Assembly (NCBI GenBank): GCA_964016885.1
Contig: OZ024758.1
Span: forward strand, 36,890,001-36,954,000
Direction: 5' to 3'
From: Eledone cirrhosa
Lineage: Eukaryota
Length of the DNA stretch: 64,000 nt
The notes under the pieces are model-generated. The model made no database searches. It saw nothing but the letters and a program-made list of their open reading frames with translations, and was not told the origin of the DNA. Below, one piece after another: positions 11,830-25,609 of this stretch; within the stretch, counting starts at the first letter, position 1, and each line of letters starts with the position of its first letter. The position numbers and the translations under genes are program-made.

Positions 11830-14680
11830 TAGCTGTCAGAAGGAACTCCACTGTTGGTGAGAATTCATTTAAGTTCATGGTATTAGCTGTCAGAAGTAAC
11901 TTCACTGTTGGTGAGAATTCATTTAAGTTCATGGTACTAGCTGTCAGAAGTAACTCCACTGTTGGTGAGAATTCATTTAAGTTCATGGTACTAGCCGTCA
12001 GAAGTAACTCCACTGTTGGTGAGAATTCAGTTAAGTCCATGGTATTAGTTGTCAGAAGTAACTCCACTGTTGGTGAGAATTCATTTAAATCATGGTATTA
12101 GTTGTCAGAAGTAACTCCAATGTTGGTGAGAATTCATTTAAGTTCATGGTACTAGCTGTCAGAAGTAACTCCACTGTTGGTGAGAATTCATTTAAGTTCA
12201 TGGTATTAGCTGTCAGAAGGAACTCCACTGTTGGTGGGAATTCATTTAAGTTCATGGTATTAGCTGTGAGAAGTCACTCCACTGTTGGTGAGAATTCATT
12301 TAAGTTCATGGTGTTAGCTGTCAGAAGTACCTCCACTGTTGGTGAGAATTCATTTAAGTTCATGGTATTAGCTGTCAGAAGTAACTCCACTGTTGGTGAG
12401 AATTCATTTAAGTTCATGGTATTAGCTGTCAGAAGGAACTCCAATGTTGGTGAGAATTCACTTAAGTCATGGTACTAGCTGTCAGAAGTAACTCCACTGT
12501 TGGTGAGAATTCATTTAAGTTTATGGTATTAGCTGTCAGAAGGAACGCCACTGTTGGTGAGAATTCATTTAAGTTCATGGTATTAGCTGTCAGAAGTAAC
12601 TCCACTGTTGGTGAGAATTCATTTAAGTTCATGGTACTAGCTGTCAGAAGTAACTCCAATGTTGGTGAGAATTCATTTAAGTTCATGGTATTAGCTGTCA
12701 GAAGGAACTCCACTGTTGGTGAGAATTCATTTAAGTCATGGTACTAGCTGTCAGAAGTAACTCCACTGTTGGTGAGAATTCATTTAAGTTCATGGTATTA
12801 GCTGTCAGAAGGAACGCCACTGTTGGTGAGAATTCATTTAAGTTCATGGTATTAGCTGTCAGAAGTAACTCCACTGTTGGTGAGAATTCATTTAAGTTCA
12901 TGGTACTAGCTGTCAGAAGTAACTCCAATGTTGGTGAGAATTCATTTAAGTTCATGGTATTAGCTGTCAGAAGGATCTCCACTGTTGGTGAGAATTCATT
13001 TAAGTTCATGGTACTAGCTGTCAGAAGTAACTCTACTGTTGGTGAGAATTCATTTAAGTTCATGGTATTAGTTTGTCAGAAGTAACTCCACTGTTGGTGA
13101 GAATTCATTTAAGTCATGGTATTAGTTGTCAGAAGTAACTCCAATGTTGGTGAGAATTCATTTAAGTCATGGTACTAGCTGTCAGAAGTAACTCCAATGT
13201 TGGTGAGAATTCATTTAAGTTCATCGTATTAGCTGTCAGAAGGAACTCCACTGTTGGTGAGAATTCATTTAAGTTCATGGTATTAGCTGTCAGAAGTAAC
13301 TTCACTGTTGGTGAGAATTCATTTAAGTTCATGGTACTAGCTGTCAGAAGTAACTCCACTGTTGGTGAGAATTCATTTAAGTTCATGGTACTAGCCGTCA
13401 GAAGTAACTCCACTGTTGGTGAGAATTCAGTTAAGTCCATGGTATTAGTTGTCAGAAGTAACTCCACTGTTGGTGAGAATTCATTTAAATCATGGTATTA
13501 GTTGTCAGAAGTAACTCCAATGTTGGTGAGAATTCATTTAAGTTCATGGTACTAGCTGTCAGAAGTAACTCCACTGTTGGTGAGAATTCATTTAAGTTCA
13601 TGGTATTAGCTGTCAGAAGGAACTCCACTGTTGGTGGGAATTCATTTAAGTTCATGGTATTAGCTGTGAGAAGTCACTCCACTGTTGGTGAGAATTCATT
13701 TAAGTTCATGGTATTAGCTGTCAGAAGTACCTCCACTGTTGGTGAGAATTCATTTAAGTTCATGGTATTAGCTGTCAGAAGTAACACCACTGTTGGTGAG
13801 AATTCATTTAAGTTCATGGTATTAGCTGTCAGAAGGAACTCCAATGTTGGTGAGAATTCACTTAAGTCATGGTACTAGCTGTCAGAAGTAACTCCACTGT
13901 TGGTGAGAATTCATTTAAGTTTATGGTATTAGCTGTCAGAAGGAACGCCACTGTTGGTGAGAATTCATTTAAGTTCATGGTATTAGCTGTCAGAAGTAAC
14001 TCCACTGTTGGTGAGAATTCATTTAAGTTCATGGTACTAGCTGTCAGAAGTAACTCCAATGTTGGTGAGAATTCATTTAAGTTCATGGTATTAGCTGTCA
14101 GAAGGAACTCCACTGTTGGTGAGAATTCATTTAAGTCATGGTACTAGCTGTCAGAAGTAACTCCACTGTTGGTGAGAATTCATTTAAGTTCATGGTATTA
14201 GCTGTCAGAAGGAACGCCACTGTTGGTGAGAATTCATTTAAGTTCATGGTATTAGCTGTCAGAAGTAACTCCACTGTTGGTGAGAATTCATTTAAGTTCA
14301 TGGTACTAGCTGTCAGAAGTAACTCCAATGTTGGTGAGAATTCATTTAAGTTCATGGTATTAGCTGTCAGAAGGATCTCCACTGTTGGTGAGAATTCATT
14401 TAAGTTCATGGTACTAGCTGTCAGAAGTAACTCTACTGTTGGTGAGAATTCATTTAAGTTCATGGTATTAGTTTGTCAGAAGTAACTCCACTGTTGGTGA
14501 GAATTCATTTAAGTCATGGTATTAGTTGTCAGAAGTAACTCCAATGTTGGTGAGAATTCATTTAAGTCATGGTACTAGCTGTCAGAAGTAACTCCAATGT
14601 TGGTGAGAATTCATTTAAGTTCATCGTATTAGCTGTCAGAAGGAACTCCACTGTTGGTGAGAATTCATTTAAGTTCATGG
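11830..14680. repeat. Tandem duplication with a 1400-bp period (26 monomers)
   Basis: ORF pairs are 12092/13492, 12469/13869, 12738/14138 and 13169/14569. Markers are CAGTTAAGTCCATGG (12028/13428), TTCACTTAAG (~12457/13857) and AGGATCTCC (12972/14372). The copies differ at ~12313 (GTGTTAG) and ~13786 (AACACC). Confidence 0.9.
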
Positions 14681-17600
14681 TACTAGCTGTCAGAAGTCAC
14701 TCCACTGTTGGTGGGAATTCATTTAAGTTCATGGTATTAGTTTGTCAGAAGTAACTCCACTGTTGGTGAGAATTCATTTAAGTCATGGTATTAGTTGTCA
14801 GAAGTAACTCCAATGTTGGTGAGAATTCATTTAAGTTCATGGTACTAGCTGTCAGAAGTAACTCCACTGTTGGTGAGAATTCATTTAAGTTCATGGTATT
14901 AGCTGTCAGAAGTAACTCCACTGTTGGTGAGAATTCATTTAAGTCATGGTATTAGCTGTCAGAAGTAACTCCAATGTTGGTGAGAATTCATTTAAGTCAT
15001 GGTACTAGCTGTCAGAAGTAACTCCAATGTTGGTGAGAATTCATTTAAGTTCATGGTATTAGCTGTCAGAAGTCACTCCAATGTTGGTGAGAATTCATTT
15101 AAGTTCATGGTATTAGCTGTCAGAAGTAACTCCACTGTTGGTGAGAATTCATTTAAGTTCATGGTATTAGCTGTCAGAAGTAACTCCACTGTTGGTGAGA
15201 ATTCATTTAAGTTCATTGTATTAGCTGTCAGAAGAAACTCCACTGTTGGTGAGAATTCATTTAAGTTCATGGTATTAGCTGTTAGATGGAACTACAATGT
15301 TGGTGAGAATTCATTTAAGTCATGGTACTAGCTGTCAGAAGTAACTCCACTGTTGGTGAGAATTCATTTAAGTTCATGGTATTGGCTGTCAGAAGGAACG
15401 CCACTGTTGGTGAGAATTCATTTAAGTTCATGGTATTAGCTGTCAGAAGTAACTCCACTGTTGGTGAGAATTCATTTAAGTTCATGGTACTAGCTGTCAG
15501 AAGTAACTCCAATGTTGGTGAGAATTCATTTAAGTTCATGGTATTAGCTGTCAGAAGGAACTCCACTGTTGCTGAGAATTCATTTAAGTTCATGGTATTA
15601 GCTGTCAGAAGTAACTCCACTGTTGGTGAGAATTCATTTAAGTTCATGGTATTAGCTGTCAGAAGTAACTCCACTGTTGGTGAGAATTCATTTAAGTCAT
15701 GGTATTAGCTGTCAGAAGTAACTCCATTGTTGGTGAGAATTCATTTAAGTCATGGTACTAGCTGTCAGAAGTAACTCCAATGTTGGTGAGAATTCATTTA
15801 AGTCATGGTACTAGCTGTCAGAAGTAACTCCACTGTTGGTGAGAATTCATTTAAGTTCATGGTATTAGCTGTCAGAAGGAACTCCACTGTTGGTGAGAAT
15901 TCATTTAAGTTCATGGTATTAGCTGTCAGAAGTAACTCCACTGTTGGTGAGAATTCATTTAAGTTCATGGTATTAGCTGTCAGAAGTAACTCCACTGTTG
16001 GTGAGAATTCATTTAAGTTCATGGTACTAGCTGTCAGAAGTAACTCCAATGTTGGTGAGAATTCATTTAAGTTCATGGTATTAGCTGTCAGAAGTAACTC
16101 CACTGTTGGTGAGAATTCATTTAAGTCATGGTATTTATTAGCTGTCAGAAGTAACACCAATGTTGGTGAGAATTCATTTAAGTCATGGTACTAGCTGTCA
16201 CAAGTAACTCCACTGTTGGTGAGAATTCATTTAAGTTCATGGTACTAGCTGTCAGAAGTAACTCCATTGTTGGTGAGAATTCATTTAAGTTCATGGTATT
16301 AGTTTGTCAGAAGTAACTCCACTGTTGGTGAGAATTCATTTAAGTCATGGTATTAGTTGTCAGAAGTAACTCCAATGTTGGTGAGAATTCATTTAAGTTC
16401 ATGGTACTAGCTGTCAGAAGTAACTCCACTGTTGGTGAGAATTCATTTAAGTCATGGTATTAGCTGTCAGAAGTAACTCCAATGTCGGTGAGAATTCATT
16501 TAAGTTCATGGTATTAGCTGTCAGAAGTAACTCCACTGTTGGTGAGAATTCATTTAAGTTCATTGTATTAGCTGTCAGAAGAAACTCCACTGTTGGTGAG
16601 AATTCATTTAAGTTCATGGTATTAGCTGTTAGATGGAACTCCAATGTTGGTGAGAATTCATTTAAGTCATGGTACTAGCTGTCAGAAGTAACTCCACTGT
16701 TGGTGAGAATTCATTTAAGTTCATGGTATTGGCTGTCAGAAGGAACGCCACTGTTGGTGAGAATTCATTTAAGTTCATGGTATTAGCTGTCAGAAGTAAC
16801 TCCACTGTTGGTCAGAATTCATTTAAGTTCATGGTACTAGCTGTCAGAAGTAACTCCAATGTTGGTGAGAATTCATTTAAGTTCATGGTATTAGCTGTCA
16901 GAAGGAACTCCACTGTTGCTGAGAATTCATTTAAGTTCATGGTATTAGCTGTCAGAAGTAACTCCACTGTTGGTGAGAATTCATTTAAGTTCATGGTATT
17001 AGCTGTCAGAAGTAACTCCATCGTTGGTGAGAATTCATTTAAGTCATGGTACTAGCTGTCAGAAGTAACTCCAATGTTGGTGAGAATTCATTTAAGTCAT
17101 GGTACTAGCTGTCAGAAGTAACTCCACTGTTGGTGAGAATTCATTTAAGTTCATGGTATTAGCTGTCAGAAGGAACTCCACTGTTGGTGAGAATTCATTT
17201 AAGTTCATGGTATTAGCTGTCAGAATTAACTCCACTGTTGGTGAGAATTCATTTAAGTTCATGGTATTAGCTGTCAGAAGTAACTCCACTGTTGGTGAGA
17301 ATTCATTTAAGTTCATGGTACTAGCTGTCAGAAGTAACTCCAATGTTGGTGAGAATTCATTTAAGTTCATGGTATTAGCTGTCAGAAGTGTCTCCACTGT
17401 TGGTGAGAATTCATTTAAGTCATGGTATTTATTAGCTGTCAGAAGTAACACCAATGTTGGTGAGAATTCATTTAAGTCATGGTACTAGCTGTCAGAAGTA
17501 ACTCCACTGTTGGTGAGAATTCATTTAAGTTCATGGTACTAGCTGTCAGAAGTAACTCCATTGTTGGTGAGAATTCATTTAAGTTCATGGTATTAGTTTG

Positions 17601-18179
17601 TCAGAAGTAACTCCACTGTTGGTGAGAATTCATTTAAGTCATGGTATTAGTTGTCAGAAGTAACTCCAATGTTGGTGAGAATTCATTTAAGTTCATGGTA
17701 CTAGCTGTCAGAAGTAACTCCACTGTTGGTGAGAATTCATTTAAGTCATGGTATTAGCTGTCAGAAGTAACTCCAATGTTGGTGAGAATTCATTTAAGTT
17801 CATGGTATTAGCTGTCAGAAGTCACTCCACTGTTGGTGAGAATTCATTTAAGTTCATGGTACTAGCTGTCAGAAGTAACCCCAATGTTGGTGTGAATTCA
17901 TTTAAGTTCATGGTATTAGCTGTCAGAAGTCACTCCAATGTTGGTGAGAATTCATTTAAGTTCATGGTATTAGCTGTCAGAAGTAACTCCACTGTTGGTG
18001 AGAATTCATTTAAGTTCATGGTATTAGCTGTCAGAAGTAACTCCACTGTTGGTGAGAATTCATTTAAGTTCATGGTACTAGTTGTCAGAAGTAACTCCAC
18101 TGTTGGTGAGAATTCATTTAAGTTCATGGTATTAGTTGTCAGAAGTAACTCCACTGTTGGTGAGAATTCATTTAAGTTC

Positions 18180-21100
18180 ATGGTATTAGCTGTCAGAAGT
18201 AACTCCACTGTTGGTGAGAATTCATTTAAGTCATGGTATTAGCTGTCAGAAGTAACTCCATTGTTGGTGAGAATTCATTTAAGTCATGGTACTAGCTGTC
18301 AGAAGTAACTCCACTGTTGGTGAGAATTCATTTAAGTTCATGGTATTAGCTGTCAGAAGGATCTCCACTGTTGGTGAGAATTCATTTAACTTCATGGTAC
18401 TAGCTGTCAGAAGTAACTCTACTGTTGGTGAGAATTCATTTAAGTTCATGGTATTAGTTTGTCAGAAGTAACTCCACTGTTGGTGAGAATTCATTTAAGT
18501 CATGGTATTAGTTGTCAGAAGTAACTCCAATGTTGGTGAGAATTCATTTAAGTCATGGTACTAGCTGTCAGAAGTAACTCCAATGTTGGTGAGAATTCAT
18601 TTAAGTTCATCGTATTAGCTGTCAGAAGGAACTCCACTGTTGGTGAGAATTCATTTAAGTTCATGGTACTAGCTGTCAGAAGTCACTCCACTGTTGGTGA
18701 GAATTCATTTAAGTTCATGGCATTAGTTTGTCAGAAGTAACTCCACTGTTGGTGAGAATTCATTTAAGTCATGGTATTCGTTGTCAGAAGTAACTCCAAT
18801 GTTGGTGAGAATTCATTTAAGTTCATGGTACTAGCTGTCAGAAGTAACTCCACTGTTGGTGAGAATTCATTTAAGTTCATGGTATTAGCTGTCAGAAGTA
18901 ACTCCACTGTTGGTGAGAATTCATTTAAGTCATGGTATTAGCTGTCAGAAGTAACTCCAATGTTGGTGAGAATTCATTTAAGTCATGGTACTAGCTGTCA
19001 GAAGTAACTCCAATGTTGGTGAGAATTCATTTAAGTTCATGGTATTAGCTGTCAGAAGTCACTCCAATGTTGGTGAGAATTCATTTAAGTTCATGGTATT
19101 AGCTGTCAGAAGTAACTCCACTGTTGGTGAGAATTCATTTAAGTTCATGGTATTAGCTGTCAGAAGTAACTCCACTGTTGGTGAGAATTCATTTAAGTTC
19201 ATGGTATTAGCTGTCAGAAGAAACTCCACTGTTGGTGAGAATTCATTTAAGTTCATGGTATTAGCTGTTAGATGGAACTCCAATGTTGGTGAGAATTCAT
19301 TTAAGTCATGGTACTAGCTGTCAGAAGTAACTCCACTGTTGGTGAGAATTCATTTAAGTTCATGGTATTAGCTGTCAGAAGGAACGCCACTGTTGGTGAG
19401 AATTCATTTAAGTTCATGGTATTAGCTGTCAGAAGTAACTCCACTGTTGGTGAGAATTCATTTAAGTTCATGGTACTAGCTGTCAGAAGTAACTCCACTG
19501 TTGGTGAGAATTCATTTAAGTTCATGGTATTAGTTGTCAGAAGTAACTCCACTGTTGGTGAGAATTCATTTAAGTCATGGTATTAGTTGTCAGAAGTAAC
19601 TCCAATGTTGGTGAGAATTCATTTAAGTCATGGTACTAGCTGTCAGAAGTAACTCCAATGTTGGTGAGAATTCATTTAAGTTCATGGTATTAGCTGTCAG
19701 AAGGAACTCCACTGTTGGTGAGAATTCATTTAAGTTCATGGTATTAGCTGTCAGAAGTAACTCCACTGTTGGTGAGAATTCATTTAAGTTCATGGTACTA
19801 GCTGTCAGAAGTAACTCCACTGTTGGTGAGAATTCATTTAAGTCATGGTATTAGCTGTCAGAAGTAACTCCACTGTTGGTGAGAATTCATTTAGGTTCAT
19901 GGTATTAGCTGACAGAAGTAACTCCACTGTTGGTGAGAATTCATTTAAGTTCATGGTACTAGCTGTCAGAAGTAACTCCACTGTTGGTGAGAATTCATTT
20001 AAGTTCATGGTATTAGTTTGTCAGAAGTAACTCCACTGTTGGTGAGAATTCATTTAAGTCATGGTATTAGTTGTCAGAGGTAACTCCAATGTTGGTGAGA
20101 ATTCATTTAAGTTCATGGTACTAGCTGTCAGAAGTAACTCCACTGTTGGTGAGAATTCATTTAAGTTCATGGTATTAGCTGTCAGAAGTAACTCCACTGT
20201 TGGTGAGAATTCATTTAAGTCATGGTATTAGCTGTCAGAAGTAACTCCAATGTTGGTCAGAATTCATTTAAGTCATGGTACTAGCTGTCAGAAGTAACTC
20301 CAATGTTGGTGAGAATTCAGTTAAGTTCATGGTATTAGCTGTCAGAAGGAACTCCACTGTTGGTGAGAATTCATTTAAGTTCATGGTATTAGCTGTCAGA
20401 AGTAACTCCACTGTTGGTGAGAATTCATTTAAGTTCATGGTACTAGCTGTCAGAAGTAACTCCACTGTTGGTGAGAATTCATTTAAGTTCATGGTACTAG
20501 CTGTCAGAAGTAACTCCACTGTTGGTGAGAATTCATTTAAGTTCATGGTATTAGCTGTCAGAAGTAACTCCACTGTTGGTGAGAATTCATTTAAGTTCAT
20601 GGTACTAGTTGTCAGAAGTAACTCCACTGTTGGTGAGAATTCATTTAAGTTCATGGTATTAGTTGTCAGAAGTAACTCCACTGTTGGTGAGAATTCATTT
20701 AAGTCATGGTATTAGTTGTCAGAAGTAACTCCAATGTTGGTGAGAATTCATTTAAGTTCATGGTATTAGCTGTCAGAAGTCACTCCAATGTTGGTGAGAA
20801 TTCATTTAAGTTCATGGTATTAGCTGTCAGAAGTAACTCCACTGTTGGTGAGAATTCATTTAAGTTCATGGTATTAGCTGTCAGAAGTAACTCCACTGTT
20901 GGTGAGAATTCATTTAAGTTCATGGTATTAGCTGTCAGAAGAAACTCCACTGGTGGTGAGAATTCATTTAAGTTCATGGTATTAGCTGTTAGATGGAACT
21001 CCAATGTTGGTGAGAATTCATTTAAGTCATGGTACTAGCTGTCAGAAGTAACTCCACTGTTGGTGAGAATTCATTTAAGTTCATGGTATTAGCTGTCAGA

Positions 21101-24100
21101 AGGAACGCCACTGTTGGTGAGAATTCATTTAAGTTCATGGTATTAGCTGTCAGAAGTAACTCCACTGTTGGTGAGAATTCATTTAAGTTCATGGTACTAG
21201 TTGTCAGAAGTAACTCCACTGTTGGTGAGAATTCATTTAAGTTCATGGTATTAGTTGTCAGAAGTAACTCCACTGTTGGTGAGAATTCATTTAAGTCATG
21301 GTATTAGTTGTCAGAAGTAACTCCAATGTTGGTGAGAATTCATTTAAGTCATGGTACTAGCTGTCAGAAGTAACTCCAATGTTGGTGAGAATTCATTTAA
21401 GTTCATGGTATTAGCTGTCAGAAGGAACTCCACTGTTGGTGAGAATTCATTTAAGTTCATGGTATTAGCTGTCAGAAGTAACTCCACTGTTGGTGAGAAT
21501 TCATTTAAGTTCATGGTACTAGCTGTCAGAAGTAACTCCACTGTTGGTGAGAATTCATTTAAGTTCATGGTATTAGCTGTCAGAAGTAACTCCACTGTTG
21601 GTGAGAATTCATTTAAGTCATGGTATTAGCTGTCAGAAGTAACTCCATTGTTGGTGAGAATTCATTTAAGTCATGGTACTAGCTGTCAGAAGTAACTCCA
21701 CTGTTGGTGAGAATTCATTTAAGTTCATGGTATTAGCTGTCAGAAGGATCTCCACTGTTGGTGAGAATTCATGTAACTTCATGGTACTAGCTGTCAGAAG
21801 TAACTCTACTGTTGGTGAGAATTCATTTAAGTTCATGGTATTAGTTTGTCAGAAGTAACTCCACTGTTGGTGAGAATTCATTTAAGTCATGGTATTAGTT
21901 GTCAGAAGTAACTCCAATGTTGGTGAGAATTCATTTAAGTCATGGTACTAGCTGTCAGAAGTAACTCCAATGTTGGTGAGAATTCATTTAAGTTCATCGT
22001 ATTAGCTGTCAGAAGGAACTCCTCTGTTGGTGAGAATTCATTTAAGTTCATGGTACTAGCTGTCAGAAGTCACTCCACTGTTGGTGAGAATTCATTTAAG
22101 TTCATGGCATTAGTTTGTCAGAAGTAACTCCACTGTTGGTGAGAATTCATTTAAGTCATGGTATTAGTTGTCAGAAGTAACTCCAATGTTGGTGAGAATT
22201 CATTTAAGTTCATGGTACTAGCTGTCAGAAGTAACTCCACTGTTGGTGAGAATTCATTTAAGTTCATGGTATTAGCTGTCAGAAGTAACTCCACTGTTGG
22301 TGAGAATTCATTTAAGTCATGGTATTAGCTGTCAGAAGTAACTCCAATGTTGGTGAGAATTCATTTAAGTCATGGTACTAGCTGTCAGAAGTAACTCCAA
22401 TGTTGGTGAGAATTCATTTAAGTTCATGGTATTAGCTGTCAGAAGTCACTCCAATGTTGGTGAGAATTCATTTAAGTTCATGGTATTAGCTGTCAGAAGT
22501 AACTCCACTGTTGGTGAGAATTCATTTAAGTTCATGGTATTAGCTGTCAGAAGTAACTCCACTGATGGTGAGAATTCATTTAAGTTCATGGTATTAGCTG
22601 TCAGAAGAAACTCCACTGTTGGTGAGAATTCATTTAAGTTCATGGTATTAGCTGTTAGATGGAACTCCAATGTTGGTGAGAATTCATTTAAGTCATGGTA
22701 CTAGCTGTCAGAAGTAACTCCACTGTTGGTGAGAATTCATTTAAGTTCATGGTATTAGCTGTCAGAAGGAACGCCACTGTTGGTGAGAATTCATTTAAGT
22801 TCATGGTATTAGCTGTCAGAAGTAACTCCACTGTTGGTGAGAATTCATTTAAGTTCATGGTACTAGTTGTCAGAAGTAACTCCACTGTTGGTGAGAATTC
22901 ATTTAAGTTCATGGTATTAGTTGTCAGAAGTAACTCCACTGTTGGTGAGAATTCATTTAAGTCATGGTATTAGTTGTCAGAAGTAACTCCAATGTTGGTG
23001 AGAATTCATTTAAGTCATGGTACTAGCTGTCAGAAGTAACTCCAATGTTGGTGAGAATTCATTTAAGTTCATGGTATTAGCTGTCAGAAGGAACTCCACT
23101 GTTGGTGAGAATTCATTTAAGTTCATGGTATTAGCTGTCAGAAGTAACTCCACTTTTGGTGAGAATTCATTTAAGTTCATGGTACTAGCTGTCAGAAGTA
23201 ACTCCACTGTTGGTGAGAATTCATTTAAGTCATGGTATTAGCTGTCAGAAGTAACTCCACTGTTGGTGAGAATTCATTTAGGTTCATGGTATTAGCTGAC
23301 AGAAGTAACTCCACTGTTGGTGAGAATTCATTTAAGTTCATGGTACTAGCTGTCAGAAGTAACTCCACTGTTGGTGAGAATTCATTTAAGTTCATGGTAT
23401 TAGTTTGTCAGAAGTAACTCCACTGTTGGTGAGAATTCATTTAAGTCATGGTATTAGTTGTCAGAGGTAACTCCAATGTTGGTGAGAATTCATTTAAGTT
23501 CATGGTACTAGCTGTCAGAAGTAACTCCACTGTTGGTGAGAATTCATTTAAGTTCATGGTATTAGCTGTCAGAAGTAACTCCACTGTTGGTGAGAATTCA
23601 TTTAAGTCATGGTATTAGCTGTCAGAAGTAACTCCAATGTTGGTCAGAATTCATATAAGTCATGGTACTAGCTGTCAGAAGTAACTCCAATGTTGGTGAG
23701 AATTCAGTTAAGTTCATGGTATTAGCTGTCAGAAGGAACTCCACTGTTGGTGAGAATTCATTTAAGTTCATGGTATTAGCTGTCAGAAGTAACTCCACTG
23801 TTGGTGAGAATTCATTTAAGTTCATGGTACTAGCTGTCAGAAGTAACTCCACTGTTGGTGAGAATTCATTTAAGTTCATGGTACTAGCTGTCAGAAGTAA
23901 CTCCACTGTTGGTGAGAATTCATTTAAGTTCATGGTATTAGCTGTCAGAAGTAACTCCACTGTTGGTGAGAATTCATTTAAGTTCATGGTATTAGTTGTC
24001 AGAAGTAACTCCACTGTTGGTGAGAATTCATTTAAGTCATGGTATTAGTTGTCAGAAGTAACTCCAATGTTGGTGAGAATTCATTTAAGTTCATGGTATT

Positions 24101-25560
24101 AGCTGTCAGAAGTCACTCCAATGTTGGTGAGAATTCATTTAAGTTCATGGTATTAGCTGTCAGAAGTAACTCCACTGTTGGTGAGAATTCATTTAAGTTC
24201 ATGGTATTAGCTGTCAGAAGTAACTCCACTGTTGGTGAGAATTCATTTAAGTTCATGGTATTAGCTGTCAGAAGAAACTCCACTGTTGGTGAGAATTCAT
24301 TTACGTTCATGGTATTAGCTGTTAGATGGAACTCCAATGTTGGTGAGAATTCATTTAAGTCATGGTACTAGCTGTCAGAAGTAACTCCACTGTTGGTGAG
24401 AATTCATTTAAGTTCATGGTATTAGCTGTCAGAAGGAACGCCACTGTTGGTGAGAATTCATTTAAGTTCATGGTATTAGCTGTCAGAAGTAACTCCACTG
24501 TTGGTGAGAATTCATTTAAGTTCATGGTACTAGTTGTCAGAAGTAACTCCACTGTTGGTGAGAATTCATTTAAGTTCATGGTATTAGTTGTCAGAAGTAA
24601 CTCCACTGTTGGTGAGAATTCATTTAAGTCATGGTATTAGTTGTCAGAAGTAACTCCAATGTTGGTGAGAATTCATTTAAGTCATGGTACTAGCTGTCAG
24701 AAGTAACTCCAATGTTGGTGAGAATTCATTTAAGTTCATGGTATTAGCTGTCAGAAGGAACTCCACTGTTGGTGAGAATTCATTTAAGTTCATGGTATTA
24801 GCTGTCAGAAGTAACTCCACTGTTGGTGAGAATTCATTTAAGTTCATGGTACTAGCTGTCAGAAGTAACTCCACTGTTGGTGAGAATTCATTTAAGTCAT
24901 GGTATTAGCTGTCAGAAGTAACTCCACTGTTGGTGAGAATTCATTTAGGTTCATGGTATTAGCTGACAGAAGTAACTCCACTGTTGGTGAGAATTCATTT
25001 AAGTTCATGGTACTAGCTGTCAGAAGTAACTCCACTGTTGGTGAGAATTCATTTAAGTTCATGGTATTAGTTTGTCAGAAGTAACTCCACTGTTGGTGAG
25101 AATTCATTTAAGTCATGGTATTAGTTGTCAGAGGTAACTCCAATGTTGGTGAGAATTCATTTAAGTTCATGGTACTAGCTGTCAGAAGTAACTCCACTGT
25201 TGGTGAGAATTCATTTAAGTTCATGGTATTAGCTGTCAGAAGTAACTCCACTGTTGGTGAGAATTCATTTAAGTCATGGTATTAGCTGTCAGAAGTAACT
25301 CCAATGTTGGTGAGAATTCATTTAAGTCATGGTACTAGCTGTCAGAAGTAACTCCAATGTTGGTGAGAATTCAGTTAAGTTCATGGTATTAGCTGTCAGA
25401 AGGAACTCCACTGTTGGTGAGAATTCATTTAAGTTCATGGTATTAGCTGTCAGAAGTAACTCCACTGTTGGTGAGAATTCATTTAAGTTCATGGTACTAG
25501 CTGTCAGAAGTAACTCCACTGTTGGTGAGAATTCATTTAAGTTCATGGTACTAGCTGTCA
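18180..25560. repeat. Higher-order domain with ~1.67-1.72-kb subunits (31-32 monomers) paired into a 3387-bp period
   Basis: Offset 3387 links 18286/21673, 18555/21942, 18985/22372, 19845/23232 and 20275/23662. Offset 1667 links 22372/24039, 22695/24362, 23017/24684, 23232/24899 and 23662/25329. The marker GTTAGATGGAAC recurs at ~19267, 20988, 22654 and 24321. Confidence 0.85.
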
Positions 25561-25609
25561 GAAGTAACTCCACTGTTGGTGAGAATTCAGTTAAGTTCAT
25601 GGTATTAGT